Assembly (NCBI RefSeq): GCF_006345805.1
Contig: NC_043009.1
Location: 42,036,001-42,100,000 of the forward strand
Direction of reading: 5' to 3'
DNA: 64,000 nt
Source: Octopus sinensis
Taxonomy: Eukaryota
Under the pieces are notes generated by a model that was given only the letters and a program-made list of their open reading frames with translations, did no database searches and was not told where the DNA came from. Of this stretch, positions 28,735 to 42,690 are shown piece after piece. Positions within the stretch are counted from its first letter, which is position 1. Every line of letters begins with the position of its first letter. The translations under genes were made by a program, and so were the position numbers.

Positions 28735-29030
28735 ATTCTTATTTATTGTCTTTGAACTGCTGGTAAAGCTGACGATGTACTACACTGCCAGCTGGTCACA
28801 ACCAGTGAACTAAGGTAACATCCCTAATTTTTCGAGCACCATCCAGAGTACTTGAGCGGTTCCAAGCAGTGCTGTTTTCTGCAGGTGCTCCACCTTTACT
28901 GCAGCCCCTATTTGTTCCATGTACTTTTCAAGGTTTTTACTCATTGTTCTCAGGGCTCTAACAATTATTGGTACTACTACCACCTTTTTCATTGACCACA
29001 ACTGCTTCACTTCCCAAGCTAACCTGCCAT
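28735..29030 (-). pseudogene. 3' end of an R4/Dong-like non-LTR retrotransposon (restriction-like endonuclease C-terminus and 3' UTR)
   Basis: LAWEVKQLWSMKKVVVVPIIVRALRTMSKNLEKYMEQIG...LQKTALLGTAQVL matches the R4/Dong ORF C-terminal pattern (VPvviGALG...LQKtallGt). Confidence 0.8.
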
Positions 29031-29045
29031 CATCATCTTTATCAT

Positions 29046-29111
<66 letters not shown>

Positions 29112-29120
29112 TATTATTAT

Positions 29121-29666
29121 TGAGTGAGAGAGCAGTGCATGCCATCAAAGTGACACTGGGGTAAAATATACGAAGCCCAATATACCCATCATGACTACCC
29201 GTCTGATAAAGGTACACCAGGCACATGCATCACAACCATATGTGCGCGACATGGTGATCTCATATCAAGATAAACAGCACATGACCTTGCAGGTGGGGCC
29301 CAGTTAGAATTTTCTTCAGGTTGAGTAGCCCATCCCGCTCAAAAGGTCCCTGAATAACGGTTGTTTAAGGATGTTGAAAGAACCACCAATGTTTCCAGAG
29401 GTGAATTATTCAAACCCCAAAGAATCCTTCTCAACACATGGCTATGATGCTCCCCCACTACTTCTACTCGTGATCAGAGATGCACATATCGTCAGCCACT
29501 AAGGGACATGCTCAACTGGTTAAGGTCAAACAACTGACAAGCAAATCTGTGGTATTGAGCAGAATATTTGCTGTAGCCCATCTTTTATACCAAGACAAAA
29601 CAATGTACATGATAACACTTCCAATCAGTTAAAATCAGAAGTCATGAGAGCCACTGCCTGGTACTG

Positions 29667-29670
<4 letters not shown>
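29121..29670 (-). mobile_element. Interspersed repeat D, second copy
   Basis: Homolog of 13101-13628, with (AAT)n/(GAT)n on both sides. Confidence 0.85.
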
Positions 29671-29715
<45 letters not shown>

Positions 29716-29810
29716 GGTAGATGCCTGTGTAAGCCGTGAACGAACAAATATAGTTACCCTCTTGGCCCTTACCCTTTCGGTCCAGTAGAACATCTAAAAA
29801 GTGATAACTG

Positions 29811-29912
<102 letters not shown>

Positions 29913-31039
29913 GTATACCAGTACATAGCCAATATGAGAGTTTCACTCATGGCAACAACTGCAGTATAGTTTCTTCTAACAGAACATTCTAACAGAACAT
30001 TCATATGAATCTATTACATAGATTCATAAAAACAAAAAGAAAGGAATAAACAGGGAAGATAATAAGCATTTCTTATTCGTACAGTCAGCGATATCTATAT
30101 TGCAGGAAATAAAGTTTAGAATTTAAAAATCGGCATCATTCTGCTTTATTTTCTCTATAAAGTTCTGATAAGTAATTGGTTAGAAAAAGCTGGTTAACAA
30201 AAGCACAGCATTTTGAAAATTAACTGCTGCATATAAAGGTTATATTAAGGTTCATTAGTTCTGAAATGTCAACAGGACATTGGTGTGTTAGTCGTAAGTG
30301 CAGTTGTGTTGTTAATAATCTCATTTTGCAGCTATGTGGCTTTGACTTCTCTCCGGCTGTGTGATAACCTTGAATTCTCAAAGGCTTCGAATGTGAGATT
30401 TGTTACACACAGAAATAGTATGCAACGCATGTTGGAGAGCTCTCGATAGAAAATTTTACCTGCTACCCAGTTTCTAGGGTATGAGATGCTTTGGCACAAC
30501 AACTTGGGTGCCGCCTACTTAGCTTCGCAGATTAGCCCCCTAACTTATCCGACACTAGACTTTTTAATGTCTCCCTTTCGTTTTCTCCATCCCCAAACCC
30601 GCTCTCTCTATCTGTCTCTCTGTCTCTGCCGCTCTCTCTATCTGTCTCTCTGTCTATCTGTCCTTTTGTCTTCCTCTATCTCTGTCTCTTTCTCTCTCTC
30701 TCTCCCTCCTTTTATGTGTATGAGTAGTGGGTAGGTGCTTTTGAGAATCACGCTCAATTAATAAATTGTAATATTTCTTTCTCCCACTTTACTGTCCTAT
30801 TCTCTATAAGAGTATGTATATTTCTGTATATGAGTATATATATATATCTGTATGTAAGTATGTATGTGTGTGGACATATATATATTGTGTGTGTGTGTGT
30901 GTGTGTGTGAAATGTGGCAGGAACACTGGGACCTGTGTATTGCTGCGGAAGGTGAATATTTCGAAGATGATTGTAAAACTTAGATAAATAAGTTATATTT
31001 TATTAAACATATGTACTGGAACTTTTGATCCCATCCCGT

Positions 31040-31390
<351 letters not shown>

Positions 31391-32229
31391 TATATATGCG
31401 TGTGTATCTATGTATATATATGTATATAATATGTATATATATATATATACGCATATATACATATGTATATACACATATACATATATATATATACTTATAT
31501 CACATATACATATACATACCTATATATATAATATATATATATTATATATATATATATATTATATATATATATACACATGCATATGCACACCGTCTAAATA
31601 TGTGTGTAAATACATGTGTGTTTGTATGTGAATGTGTGAATGATTGCATGTATAAGTGTGTATATTTCGTTTGTACATGCTTGCATTGTGAGTAGCAGGT
31701 TTTAATTTAAATACATATTCATCTAAAAATATAATATCTCGTCTTGAAATTGAAGTGACTATTAAATATTTTTTTGTCTATTTCTATGTATTTATTCGTC
31801 TATTTATTGTAGTTGTTGTTATTGTTATTTTGTTATCAGTAGTAGTAGTAACAGAACTTTCATTATTGGTATTATTTTAATAATAAGTTTCCTTTCAATA
31901 ATAAAATATGGTGAAAATGAAATAGAATGAGGATAATGATAATCAGTAAATTCGTAAACTGTTTCATTGGAAATGAATACACGTATACACAACCGCACAC
32001 ACATATACAAAGACGTACATATGCATACACGCAAATATAGACGCATAAACATGAACACACACAAACGCACAGACACATTCATGTGCGTTTGAGTTTTAGT
32101 TTCACTTTCTCTTTCTCTTAGAGACGTTATTAAATTTCATACTCGGAGAAATCTTATGAACATTAACCTCACTATGATAAGTACATCTATATTCACACAT
32201 ACCACGCACAAAAATACTTGCACACACAA

Positions 32230-32670
32230 AATTTGAGCTCACAACGTAGCGGCATACGAAATACCTATTTCTTTACTACCCACAAGGGGCTAAACACAGA
32301 GAGAACAAACAAGAACAGACAGATGGATTAAGTCGATTATATCGACCCCAGTGCGTAACTGGTACTTATTTAGTCGACCCCGAAAGGATGAAAGGCAAAG
32401 TCGACCTCGGCGGAATTTGAACTCAGAACGTAACGCCTGACGAAATACCTAATTCTTTACTACCAAACAAGGGGCTAAACACAGAGAGGACAAACAAGAA
32501 CAGACAAATGGATTAAGTCGATTACATCGACCCCATTGCGTAACTGGTATTTAATTTATCGACCCCGAAAGGATGAAAGGCAAAGTCGACCTCGGCGGAA
32601 TTTGAACTAAGAACGTAAAGACAGACGAAATACCGCTAAGCATCTCGCCTGGTGCGCTAACTTTTCTGTA
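32230..32670 (-). mobile_element. SINE family A multimer (2 units plus a partial third)
   Basis: The reverse-complement unit repeats with junction GACGAAATACC|TATTTCTTT. Confidence 0.88.
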
Positions 32671-33634
32671 GAATATTCTACCACTTCTATGTTAATCTAG
32701 GGTGCAACTGATGCGGTTAATTGAACAACCAAATCCTCCTCGTCAAAAGACGGAGATCTATCGCCACGAACACAACCACCGACGATGCTATAACACCACC
32801 ACCACCACCACCACCACCTCTGCCATAAATGCTGATGAGGGTGGGTAGGGTGGAATATTGCCAGAAAATTGAAAATTTAACACAAATTCAAATTCCATGA
32901 AGTAGAAAGTTTAAGAATACTTTACGAAACGTATAAACTACAAGTTGAAAATATTAAATATACACGCATACACACACACAAGCATATACACACATACGCA
33001 CATACACACACACACACACACTCATAAACAAACGCACACACCTACATTTACAAATACATTACAACAACGCTTAAAGTAAGTGTAATGCCGACGGGTCAAC
33101 AGTTAATTAACACATAGCGGTTAATTGATCTTCACTTACAATAATAATGTTCTCGTATATGTTGCATGTTATTCAAACACATATTCGCACGCGCACACGC
33201 ACGTACTTGAGTGTATAGGTGCGCGCGTGTGCGTTTATGTGTGTGTGTGTGCATAGATGTGTAAATGTTAACGATTTCATATATACGTTAGTATAGAAGT
33301 ATCTTCGTAGTTATCGTCCACTTTTACGGATGTCAGCAAACATGTTCGCTTATAGTTCTTGTATGTGTTTATGTGTTTGGGTGCATTTGTGTGTGTGTGT
33401 GTGTGAGAGTGTGCGTGTGTGTGTGTATGTGTGTGTATATGCATGAGCTACACTACAATTCCTTAAATTACAAGACTATGCGCTATAGTTTGGAGTAACA
33501 CTGAGTAACAGATCAGGAAATCATTAGATAGAATGAATAACTATATATATATATATATATATATATTCTTATTCGTGCTTTCCTTATTTTTTTCACGAAT
33601 TTCTGTATTTTTATTCGTGTACTTCGTTCGTTTT

Positions 33635-33855
33635 CCGTCCTTGTGTTGTATACATTCGAAGCTTTCTTCCAAGGGATCTAATGCGCTTGGCTTAGATTTC
33701 CCTTGGGGGCTGCCCAGGTCGGAGCAATCACAAGATTAATCAGCCGAAATTGCGAAGATTATCCGGTTCTTGACTGATGACTGAGGGCTTCGAATGTCCC
33801 GTCCTGTTGTTCTTGTGTCGTCTTCTAGGTGTTTCACATTCTTGTCCCTGTTTGT
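33635..33855 (+). repeat. Interspersed repeat E, second copy
   Basis: Homolog of 22035-22232. Internal inverted motif CATTCGAAGC...GCTTCGAATG. Confidence 0.75.
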
Positions 33856-33875
33856 ATATATTTTTTACTGTTTAC

Positions 33876-33926
<51 letters not shown>

Positions 33927-34881
33927 GTATGCATGTATGCATGTATGCATACGGGTATGTATCTATTTATAGATGTATGTATATGTGAGTGTCTGTTTGT
34001 TTGTATTACTATATATTACCTGTCTTTATAAATGTATATGTATGTATAAATATATATATAAAGATAGATACATACATGCATACATACATTCATACGTACA
34101 TACATGCATACATACATACATACATACATACATACATACATACATACATACATACATACATACGCACGCGTACAGATATATGTGAATATATTAGATGGTA
34201 TATGTAATTGGCGCACTAAACATACATTCAATAAATGGCTAAAATGCTGCTCATAAAATCGCAGTGAAATTCAATGCTAAACGTATGCTCAATATGTATG
34301 CATTTATATGTGTGTGTGAGAGAGAGGATGGGAGGGAAAGAGAGAGATGGACAGTGTAGAGTGAGGGGAGGAGAGAGAGTTCAAAGCTATATCTCATAGA
34401 TGCTCTGAGTTGCAGTTTCAGTGATGTTCCTAGGATCTCAGGGATTTAAGTCTTACATGCTACGCTCATCCCCCGTTGACCCAGCCGGGTGTGATCAAGT
34501 CCGAGTTTTGCCTCTCACCGGCAGTAATACGTGGGTTTGTCTTCTTTGTGTAAAGCTATCTAGTACCCTCCTATACAGCCCCAGTGATGGTATGTATGGC
34601 CCTCAACACAGCTTTTACACTGGTAACTCCAAACCCAGTCAGAGATTTGCTGAGTGAGGGCACCAGGAACCGAAGCAGCCAGCTTCATTTGAGGAACACA
34701 GTTCTCACATATTTTGTCTTCTAACAAAATGATATTGCTCAAAGATCTTGAATAGGGTTAAATTAGGGGCGAAATAGCAATAACAACACGATGCCTCCGA
34801 TACAAAGACCCCGTAATGAGATATAGATATTATATTTGATATGGTGGAAGATATAAGGTGATTTTTATTTTTTTATTTTTT

Positions 34882-35113
34882 TCCTTGTTTCAGTCATTTG
34901 ACTGCGGCCATGCTGGAGCAGTGCCTTCGGTCGAGCAAATCGACCCCCAGGACTTATTCTTCGTAAGCGTAGTACATATTCTATCGGTCCCTTTTGCTGA
35001 ACCGGTAAGTTACGGGGACGAAAACACACCAACATCGGTTGTCAAGCGATGGTGGGGGTAGAAACACAGACACACAAACACAAACATATGCACGCACGCA
35101 CATACATACATAA

Positions 35114-35163
<50 letters not shown>

Positions 35164-35194
35164 TTATGTATATTTATGTGTATATATACGTATA

Positions 35195-35276
<82 letters not shown>

Positions 35277-35325
35277 CATATGTATATGTATATGTATGTG
35301 TATATATATGCATATATATATATAT

Positions 35326-35371
<46 letters not shown>

Positions 35372-35531
35372 GCCGGTCTTTCAGTTTCTGTGTACCAAAT
35401 CTTCTCACAAGGCTTTGGTAGGCCCGGACCTATAGAAGGAGACACTTGGCCAAGGTTCCACGCTGTGGGACTGAACTTGGAACCATTTCGTTGGGAAGCA
35501 AGCTTCTTACCACGCAATCACGCATGCACCT
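34882..35531 (-). mobile_element. SINE family C (CORE-like) with an expanded internal (AT)n
   Basis: tRNA-like head at the right end, CORE-like CCTTGGCCAAGTGTCT, and the family C tail. Confidence 0.85.
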
Positions 35532-36087
35532 TGTTGATGAAAAATATAAAGATGTAATATAATGTTTATTGTTGTCATTGCTATTGAAGTTTAAACTAAG
35601 CTCAGTCCAAATTGCGCAAACCCTCTGGCTTACAATGAATACATTCAAATCATGACCATAGTATATTTAATTCAGATATATTTTACCTACGACTATCATT
35701 TCGCGCATGTGAAATCGCGTGGACAAATGGTTATGAGGTTGCGCTCGCAATCGCAATCTCGTAGTTTCGGTTCCCGGACTAAATGGTGTGTTGTGTTCTT
35801 CATTTTATATCACATTTCTCCAGTCGATTCAGCTGTAAATGAGTAATCCTGCGACAAACCGTCCCGTTCAAGGGGCATGTTTTGTCTCGGTCACTTATAT
35901 TCCAGGGAAACTGAGTAACTAGCTCTACGATTCCTAAGACTCAAATCACTACTTACTCACTTTACTCTCATGTATCATTCCTACGGGTGTTGGTTCTCAT
36001 TGATCTCCATGCCATATTCTGAAGACCCATGATATTTTTTGAGAAAGATACAGCAATGTTTTTCCCCACCATTGCGTTCTACTAGTT

Positions 36088-36308
36088 TACGAAAGGGTGC
36101 TAAAAAGTTCCTTGCTTTGGGTAAAAGACCATACAAGAGAATCAATTAATTATGATTTTATTCAACATATTCCTCTCTCAGATTCACTCATTTATTGCAG
36201 CGGTCCTTCAGTTCTTCTAAGCCCTGTAAAAGATCTCGGAAGGTTGAGCCTTTAACCAGGCTTTTCGCGATACCTTTAAAGCCAGGAACTTTTCAATAAC
36301 CCCTCGTA
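36088..36308. mobile_element. Mariner-derived MITE
   Basis: TA flanks and ~30 bp TIRs (TACGAAAGGGTGCTAAAAAGTTCCT / AGGAACTTTTCAATAACCCCTCGTA). The interior resembles the mariner C-terminus. Confidence 0.85.
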
Positions 36309-36941
36309 TAGTTTCCTGTTTTTCCGAGCTTATCCCTGAAATATAGGGCTTATTAACTCTTAGACAGGGGGACTAATTCACGTGATAACAGACCATGTTC
36401 TCATTCACTGTGGTCTGCATGACGTGTGATAGGGCCCAGCCCTCTTCCAAGTCATGTAAACCGTATCTACAGTACACGCCTCTACTATCCGACTCATAAC
36501 TGGAGACCTAGAATACATAGAGTGAACCTGGAAATATTGGCAACTAAAAAAATATATCCACACTGCTCCTAAGACTTGAACTCTCAATCGGGAATGTCAC
36601 CAATTTTGAAGTTTGATTTCTGCCCCGGAGATATCAGTGACTAAAAGATGCAAAGCATGCTGCAAAGAAAATTTGGCTGTTATTTCTAGCCGGTTCTAAT
36701 ACGTCAAGCTACAGCGAAGACGTCCCCTCACTGACCAGAAATTGTGTTGGTAGCTGCAAGAGGCTGGAAAGACATTTTTTTTTTATTACTGCAATAGCGG
36801 GAGATGTCTTTCATAGGTTCACGGAAATATTAGCGTGAGGTGATGGTGATGGAGACGGAGGTGAGCAGTTGTGTGATGATATGAATAAGATGGCATCAAG
36901 GCAATATAGCCCCCTTTCTTTCCTCACCCTCTCTATCTGTC

Positions 36942-36994
<53 letters not shown>

Positions 36995-37001
36995 CTCTCT
37001 G

Positions 37002-37050
<49 letters not shown>

Positions 37051-37142
37051 CTCTCTCTCTCTGTCGCTCTTTCACAGGCTTTCTCACTCTGATAAACACC
37101 GCAATACAAAAGTTAATATTTGGTGTTAATATTTGGAATAAC

Positions 37143-37184
<42 letters not shown>

Positions 37185-37287
37185 TGTGTGTGTGTGTGTT
37201 TGCGTATATTCATATATATATGTATATGTATACGTATATATGCGCAAATATATATAAATATATATAAATATATATATGTATACATAT

Positions 37288-37331
<44 letters not shown>

Positions 37332-37494
37332 TATATATATATTATATATATTATATATATGTATGTATATAGTTGTATGTATGTATGTATGTATACATAT
37401 ATATATACACACATGTACACACACATATATAGGTTATATATGTATGTATGATTGTATGATGTATGTATATGAAATATATATCCCGTGGTCATAG

Positions 37495-38110
37495 AAATGA
37501 AAGAAAATGATCAGAAAGTGATAAAAAGACAAATATATAAAATATTCAGACATAAAAGGAAAAAAGCGAAAACGAAAGAAAGAAAGAAAAAAGAGGGAGG
37601 AAGGAAAGAAAGAAAAATATAGAGATATGATATAATAAGAAGAGGAAGGAAGAAAGAAAGAAAAGAAAAAGGTTGGAGAAGAAGTAAAGCTGAAGAAAGC
37701 GAGAAACAAAAGCTAGTAAGATAAATGGATGGAAAAAGAAAGAGTGAAAGATAAAACAGTGGAAAGAAGAAATCAATAAAGAAAGAATGAATGGAATAAA
37801 TAAGAAGAAAGAAAATGAATCTAAGAATATAAAAAGAAAGAGAAAAAGAGTCTAAAAAAAGAGGAGAACATATAGGGATACAACGATGTAAGAAAGAGAC
37901 GAAGAAAAAATTTGAAGAGAGATAGACGGAACTGATAGAGAATTATAGAAAGAAACGAAATAAGGAAGGAGTGAAAAAGAGAAGTGGAGACATAAGGGAA
38001 TAAAGATCAGGGGAAATCATAAAAAGAAAGACGAAAACAGAAAAAGAAAAAGAAAAAAAGGAAAGAAAAGAAAATCTGATTTCAAAATGAAAGTATAATA
38101 AGAAAGAAAT
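37495..38110. repeat. ~600 bp purine-rich (A/G) low-complexity tract
   Basis: Very few C on the plus strand. Confidence 0.85.
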
Positions 38111-38205
38111 CCCTAATGTTAAGTGAAGGAGGAACAACGGTAAAGCATCGCAGTGTGATATTTCCAGTGCCAAACTTCTGCATCTAAAGAATCGGTTTTA
38201 CTTAC

Positions 38206-38385
38206 AGCCCCTGCCAATCGTTTATCTAAAAACACTTTAAGACAGTGAACAGCTCGCAGAAACGCTCGCTTTGTGTTGTAGTTTCTACTAAAGAACATGA
38301 TAAAATTGGGTCCCGGATGTTTTTCTTCAGATGTATTGCTATCCCTCACGCCGGATGCGAACACCAAGAGTGTTTTTGATAAAAG
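38206..38385 (-). CDS. Candidate 180 nt phase 0-0 coding exon (LLSKTLLVFASGVRDSNTSEEKHPGPNFIMFFSRNYNTKRAFLRAVHCLKVFLDKRLAGA)
   Basis: Acceptor TTTATAGTTTCAG and donor GCT|GTAAGT. Exactly 60 codons, only one frame open, and non-repetitive sequence. Product not recognised. Confidence 0.6.
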
Positions 38386-38643
38386 CTGAAACTATAAACG
38401 ATTTTTATTTTTCTCAATTTCATTCCAAAGACAAAGTCAGAATACAAGAGATAAACAAAACACAAAGCTGAACAGTTGAGATCTCTCTCTTCGACATGTT
38501 TTTCCTGTAGGTATCTCAGAGATCTTACATACAATCATAACCAGATCTACAATAAAGTAGTTAATTCATGGCTTGTGAATATCTGTATAGTTGTGTGTGT
38601 TTATATGTATGTGTGTGTGTGCATGTGTTTGTGTGCATGTGTT

Positions 38644-38695
<52 letters not shown>

Positions 38696-38939
38696 GTGTG
38701 TATGTGTGTGCATGTGGTGTGTGACTGTACAACGCACGATTCATCTAGTTTTCAGTTTACGCCACTAAAATGGCGGAAGTGACTAGATTTAACAAACAGC
38801 ACAAATTTACATTCATAGATCCATTCATACATACACACATATGTACACACATTCACATTCATATAAATACTTAAATATATATAGACACACATAAGCCATA
38901 TAACACACCAATTTAGGTTAGTAAATGGGTGTATATATG

Positions 38940-39009
<70 letters not shown>

Positions 39010-39324
39010 GAGTCACATACACACGCGTGCACAGACACATACACACACAGTGAACACATATATGAATCACACATTTGATTATAGTTTGAAATAGTCGGAA
39101 ATGCATGCATGGATAATGTAGATAGTTTTATAGTTGAAAATTACAATTAAATCTAGATGTAGACTACTCAAGATTCTGTTATCTCGTATTATTCTAAAAC
39201 TTAAATGTAAAATTTTCAATGAATATTTACAGCACAACAAAGTTTGTCAAATCAAAAATAAAAAAAAAGCAACGAATATTCTTTTCTTTTCATAATTATC
39301 ACCACCTCTCTAAACATGGAAAAC

Positions 39325-39527
39325 TGGCAGAATCGTTAAGCACTCCGGGTAAAATGCTTGGCAGCATTTCATCCTCCACTTTCTGAGTTCAAATTCCCCA
39401 TATGGTTGATTTTGCTTTTCTTCCTTTCAGGGGTCGATAAAATAAGTTCCAGTTGAATACTAGGGCCAGTGTAATCAACTTACTCCTCCCCCAAATTTAC
39501 TGGCTTTGTGCCAAAATTTGAAATCAA
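39325..39527 (+). mobile_element. Decayed SINE family A monomer (AAATTTGAAA tail)
   Basis: Family A consensus motifs. Confidence 0.75.
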
Positions 39528-39701
39528 TTATTACCAACTCTGTTTGGCATGCTACTTTAAAATGACTCTTGGTTTTCAATATAAATATAAAGAAATAGCA
39601 GCCCAGTCACCTCCAGAATGGAATTCTACCGTCTTAAACAATGGAAAGATACAAGAATTATTATTTTAATTATATTTTTTAATATATTTTTATAAATATA
39701 T

Positions 39702-40089
39702 TTTTTTTGGAAGCACTCCGTCGGTTACGACGACGAGGGTTCCGGTTGATCCGAATCAACGGAACAGCCTGCTCGTGAAATTAATGTGTAAGTGGCTGAG
39801 CACTCCACAGACACGTGTACCCTTAACGTAGTTCTCGGGGACATTCAGCGTGACACAGAGAGTGACAAGGCCGGCCCTTTGAAATACAGGTACAACAGAA
39901 ACAGGAAGTAAGAGTGAGAGAAGGTTGTGGTGAAAGAGTACAACAGGGATCACGACCATCCCTGCCGGAGCCTCGTGGAGCTTTAGGTGTTTTCGCTCAA
40001 TAAACACTCACAACGCCCGGTCTGGGAATCGAAACCGCGATCCTATGACCGCGAGTCCGCTGCCCTAACCACTGGGCCATTGCGCCTCC
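39702..40089 (-). mobile_element. Full-length SINE family B
   Basis: 11 bp TSD TATAAATATAT at 39691-39701 and 40090-40100, with a short A tail. Confidence 0.92.
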
Positions 40090-40317
40090 TATAAATATAT
40101 AATGGGGTGGTGAAAGCTGGAACGTTATTGGTTATATTCCTGTCCACTATTTCGATTCAGCTGAGGTTCATATGACTTCATTTTTAATCAAGTTGAGGTT
40201 TGCTGAATATGTAGCTTCAAAATAATTGAAAATTAGTATGGAATACGAATCGGAGGCAGTGATAGAGAATAAAAATTATAGGATTTTATGGGACCGACCA
40301 TACTTTTGAAGCAACAT

Positions 40318-40356
<39 letters not shown>

Positions 40357-40381
40357 AACGGTGATAATAATTTCCTTTGTT

Positions 40382-40597
40382 TAAGGTGGCGAGCTGGCAG
40401 AAACGTTAGCACGCAGGGCGAATGCTTAGCGGTATTTCGTCTGTCTTTGTGTTCTGAGTTCAAATTCCGCCGAGGTCAACTTTGCCTTTCATCCTTTCGA
40501 AGTCGATAAATTAAGTACCAGTTGCGTACCAGGGTCGATCTAGTCGACTGGCCCCTCTCCCAAAATTTCAGGCCTTGTGCCTAGAGAAGAAAAGAAT
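40382..40597 (+). mobile_element. SINE family A monomer (alternative tail)
   Basis: Head GGCGAGCTGGCAGAAACGTTAGCAC, core, and tail CAAAATTTCAGGCCTTGTGCC. Confidence 0.85.
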
Positions 40598-41071
40598 AAT
40601 TCCCTTTATTTGCTGCAAGGGAGTCCGACGAAGAGGGCATTACAAGGACAGTTAGTAGTATGTGGTGGGAGATGTTTGCATAAAAGATGGTGTCTTGGAT
40701 AAAAAAAGGAAAGGGGAGGAAGGGAGGTGAGAAGAAAGTTTACATAATGCATAAAATATAGTCTACAGATGAGATCCAGAGATTGTCAGTATGGAAGACA
40801 CTTAGTAGCTCAAAAAATTCAAACTTAGACACCAATGTCTTTATAGATAATCGATTCTACAAGGTAAAGAATGGTTGTAAGTGGGATCAAGTTGAGCAGA
40901 TATAGAAGCAATTATGCATAGCTGATGACTCAGTCCTCCTGATACTAGAGTGGCTCCAACAAGGGTCAGTTATGGGGTCTAATAAGTCCACTGTCACCCT
41001 GTACACCAGGCGTGCGAGCTATCAGCCAACTCTTGTTTCCAATCTGAAATCGCTTGCTTACAGTAGTTCAA

Positions 41072-41453
41072 GGAGGCGCAATGGCCCAGTGGTTAGGGCA
41101 GCGGACTCGCGGTCATAGGATCGCGGTTTCGATTCCCAGACCGGGCGTTGTGAGTGTTTATTGAGCGAAAACACCTAAAGCTCCACGAGGCTCCGGCAGG
41201 GGATAGTGGTGATCCCTGCTGTACTCTTTCACCACAACTTTCTCTCACTCTTACTTCCTGTTTCTGTTGTACCTGTATTTCAAAGGGCCGGCCTTGTTAC
41301 TCTCTGTGTCACGCTGAATATCCCCGAGAACTACGTTAAGGGTACACGTGTCTGTGTAGTGCTCAGCGACTTACACGTGAATTTCACGAGCAGGCTGTTC
41401 CGTTGATTCGGATCAACCGGAACCCTCATCGTCGTAACCGACGGAGTGCTTCG
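41072..41453 (+). mobile_element. Full-length SINE family B
   Basis: 12 bp TSD ACAGTAGTTCAA at 41060-41071 and 41454-41465. Confidence 0.93.
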
Positions 41454-41661
41454 ACAGTAGTTCAAATCACGCGAACCGTTTTCACCATAGTCATCCAACT
41501 TTTGATAAATTCTCTAAGTGCAGCACTTTCTTCTTCGCCCTCACTTTCTTTTACTAGCGGAACTTAAAAAAAGTCGATGATGGCTTGCAGAAGTATAAAA
41601 TTTTGCCCTCTATCATTTCAACCTCGTCTACCGCACAACCACTTTCGGTATTACCCTCAAA

Positions 41662-42080
41662 TAAAGCGGGGAGCTGGCAGAAACGTTAGCACACCGGGCG
41701 AAATGCTTAACGGTATTTTGTCTGTCTTTACGTTCTGAGTTCAAATTCCGCCGAGGTCGACTTTGCCTTTCATCCTTTCGGGGTCGATAAATTAAGTACC
41801 AGTTACGCACTGGGGTCGATGTAATCGACTTAATATCTATGTCTGTCCTTGTTTGTCCCCTCTGTGTTTAGCCCCTTATGGGTAATAAAGAAATAGGTTT
41901 TTTTGTCTGTGTTTACGTTCTGAGTTCAAATTCTGCCGAGGTCGACTTTGCCTTTCATCGTTTCGGGGTCGATAAATTAAGTACCAGTTACGCACTGGGG
42001 TCGATGTAATCGACTTAATACCTATATCTATCCTTGTTTGTCCCCTCTGTGTTTAGCCCCTTGTGGGTAATAAAGAAATA
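41662..42080 (+). mobile_element. SINE family A dimer
   Basis: Units start at 41712 and 41896. 15 bp TSD GGTATTACCCTCAAA at 41647-41661 and 42081-42095. Confidence 0.93.
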
Positions 42081-42537
42081 GGTATTACCCTCAAACAAGA
42101 CAAAATTCTCTCTTTGTTAAAGGAGGCATGGGTTGTGTGTGCTCACACTAGATTCGTTCCGCACGCAACAACAATTGTTCCAATAACTTCACAGGTGAGC
42201 AACGTTCAAATGCTGCGGGAGTACGTGCTGTTGGATTTCGTCGCTCTCTGCATTTCTCAGACAGTTCCACCTGTATGTATAGCTATGCATATTGGTTTTA
42301 ACTCGAACCGTTATTACCTATCGATAGCGTTGCCAGGTCAAGGATTCCTGACTATTATTCTAAGCAGTCCGCATTCCGAAATTCTTCCAGAACAAACCAT
42401 ACCAACAAGTTCTTCCACGTTTACAAGCAGATTTTGCCAGTAAACTTAATTGCTTTCACCGCTAGCAGTTCTCTTTATATTGCAAAAGTGAAACTTTCAC
42501 TGACGGTCAAGTAAACTCCATGTGGTGATGTTTCAGC

Positions 42538-42587
<50 letters not shown>

Positions 42588-42608
42588 GGTGGTGGTGGTG
42601 GTGGTAGT

Positions 42609-42669
<61 letters not shown>

Positions 42670-42690
42670 CAGCAGCAGCAGCAGCAACAT
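42538..42690. repeat. (GTA)/(GTG)/(GCA) trinucleotide array
   Basis: Read directly from the sequence. Confidence 0.95.

Noticed and set aside
29655-29670. Resemblance of the repeat D end to U2 snRNA (CCTGGTAYTGCA)
   Set aside because: Only about 12 nt match and the rest does not align.
42063-42443. 126 aa ORF with an apparent 66 nt intron
   Set aside because: It starts inside a SINE, has no recognisable domain, and has no support beyond the splice-like motifs.
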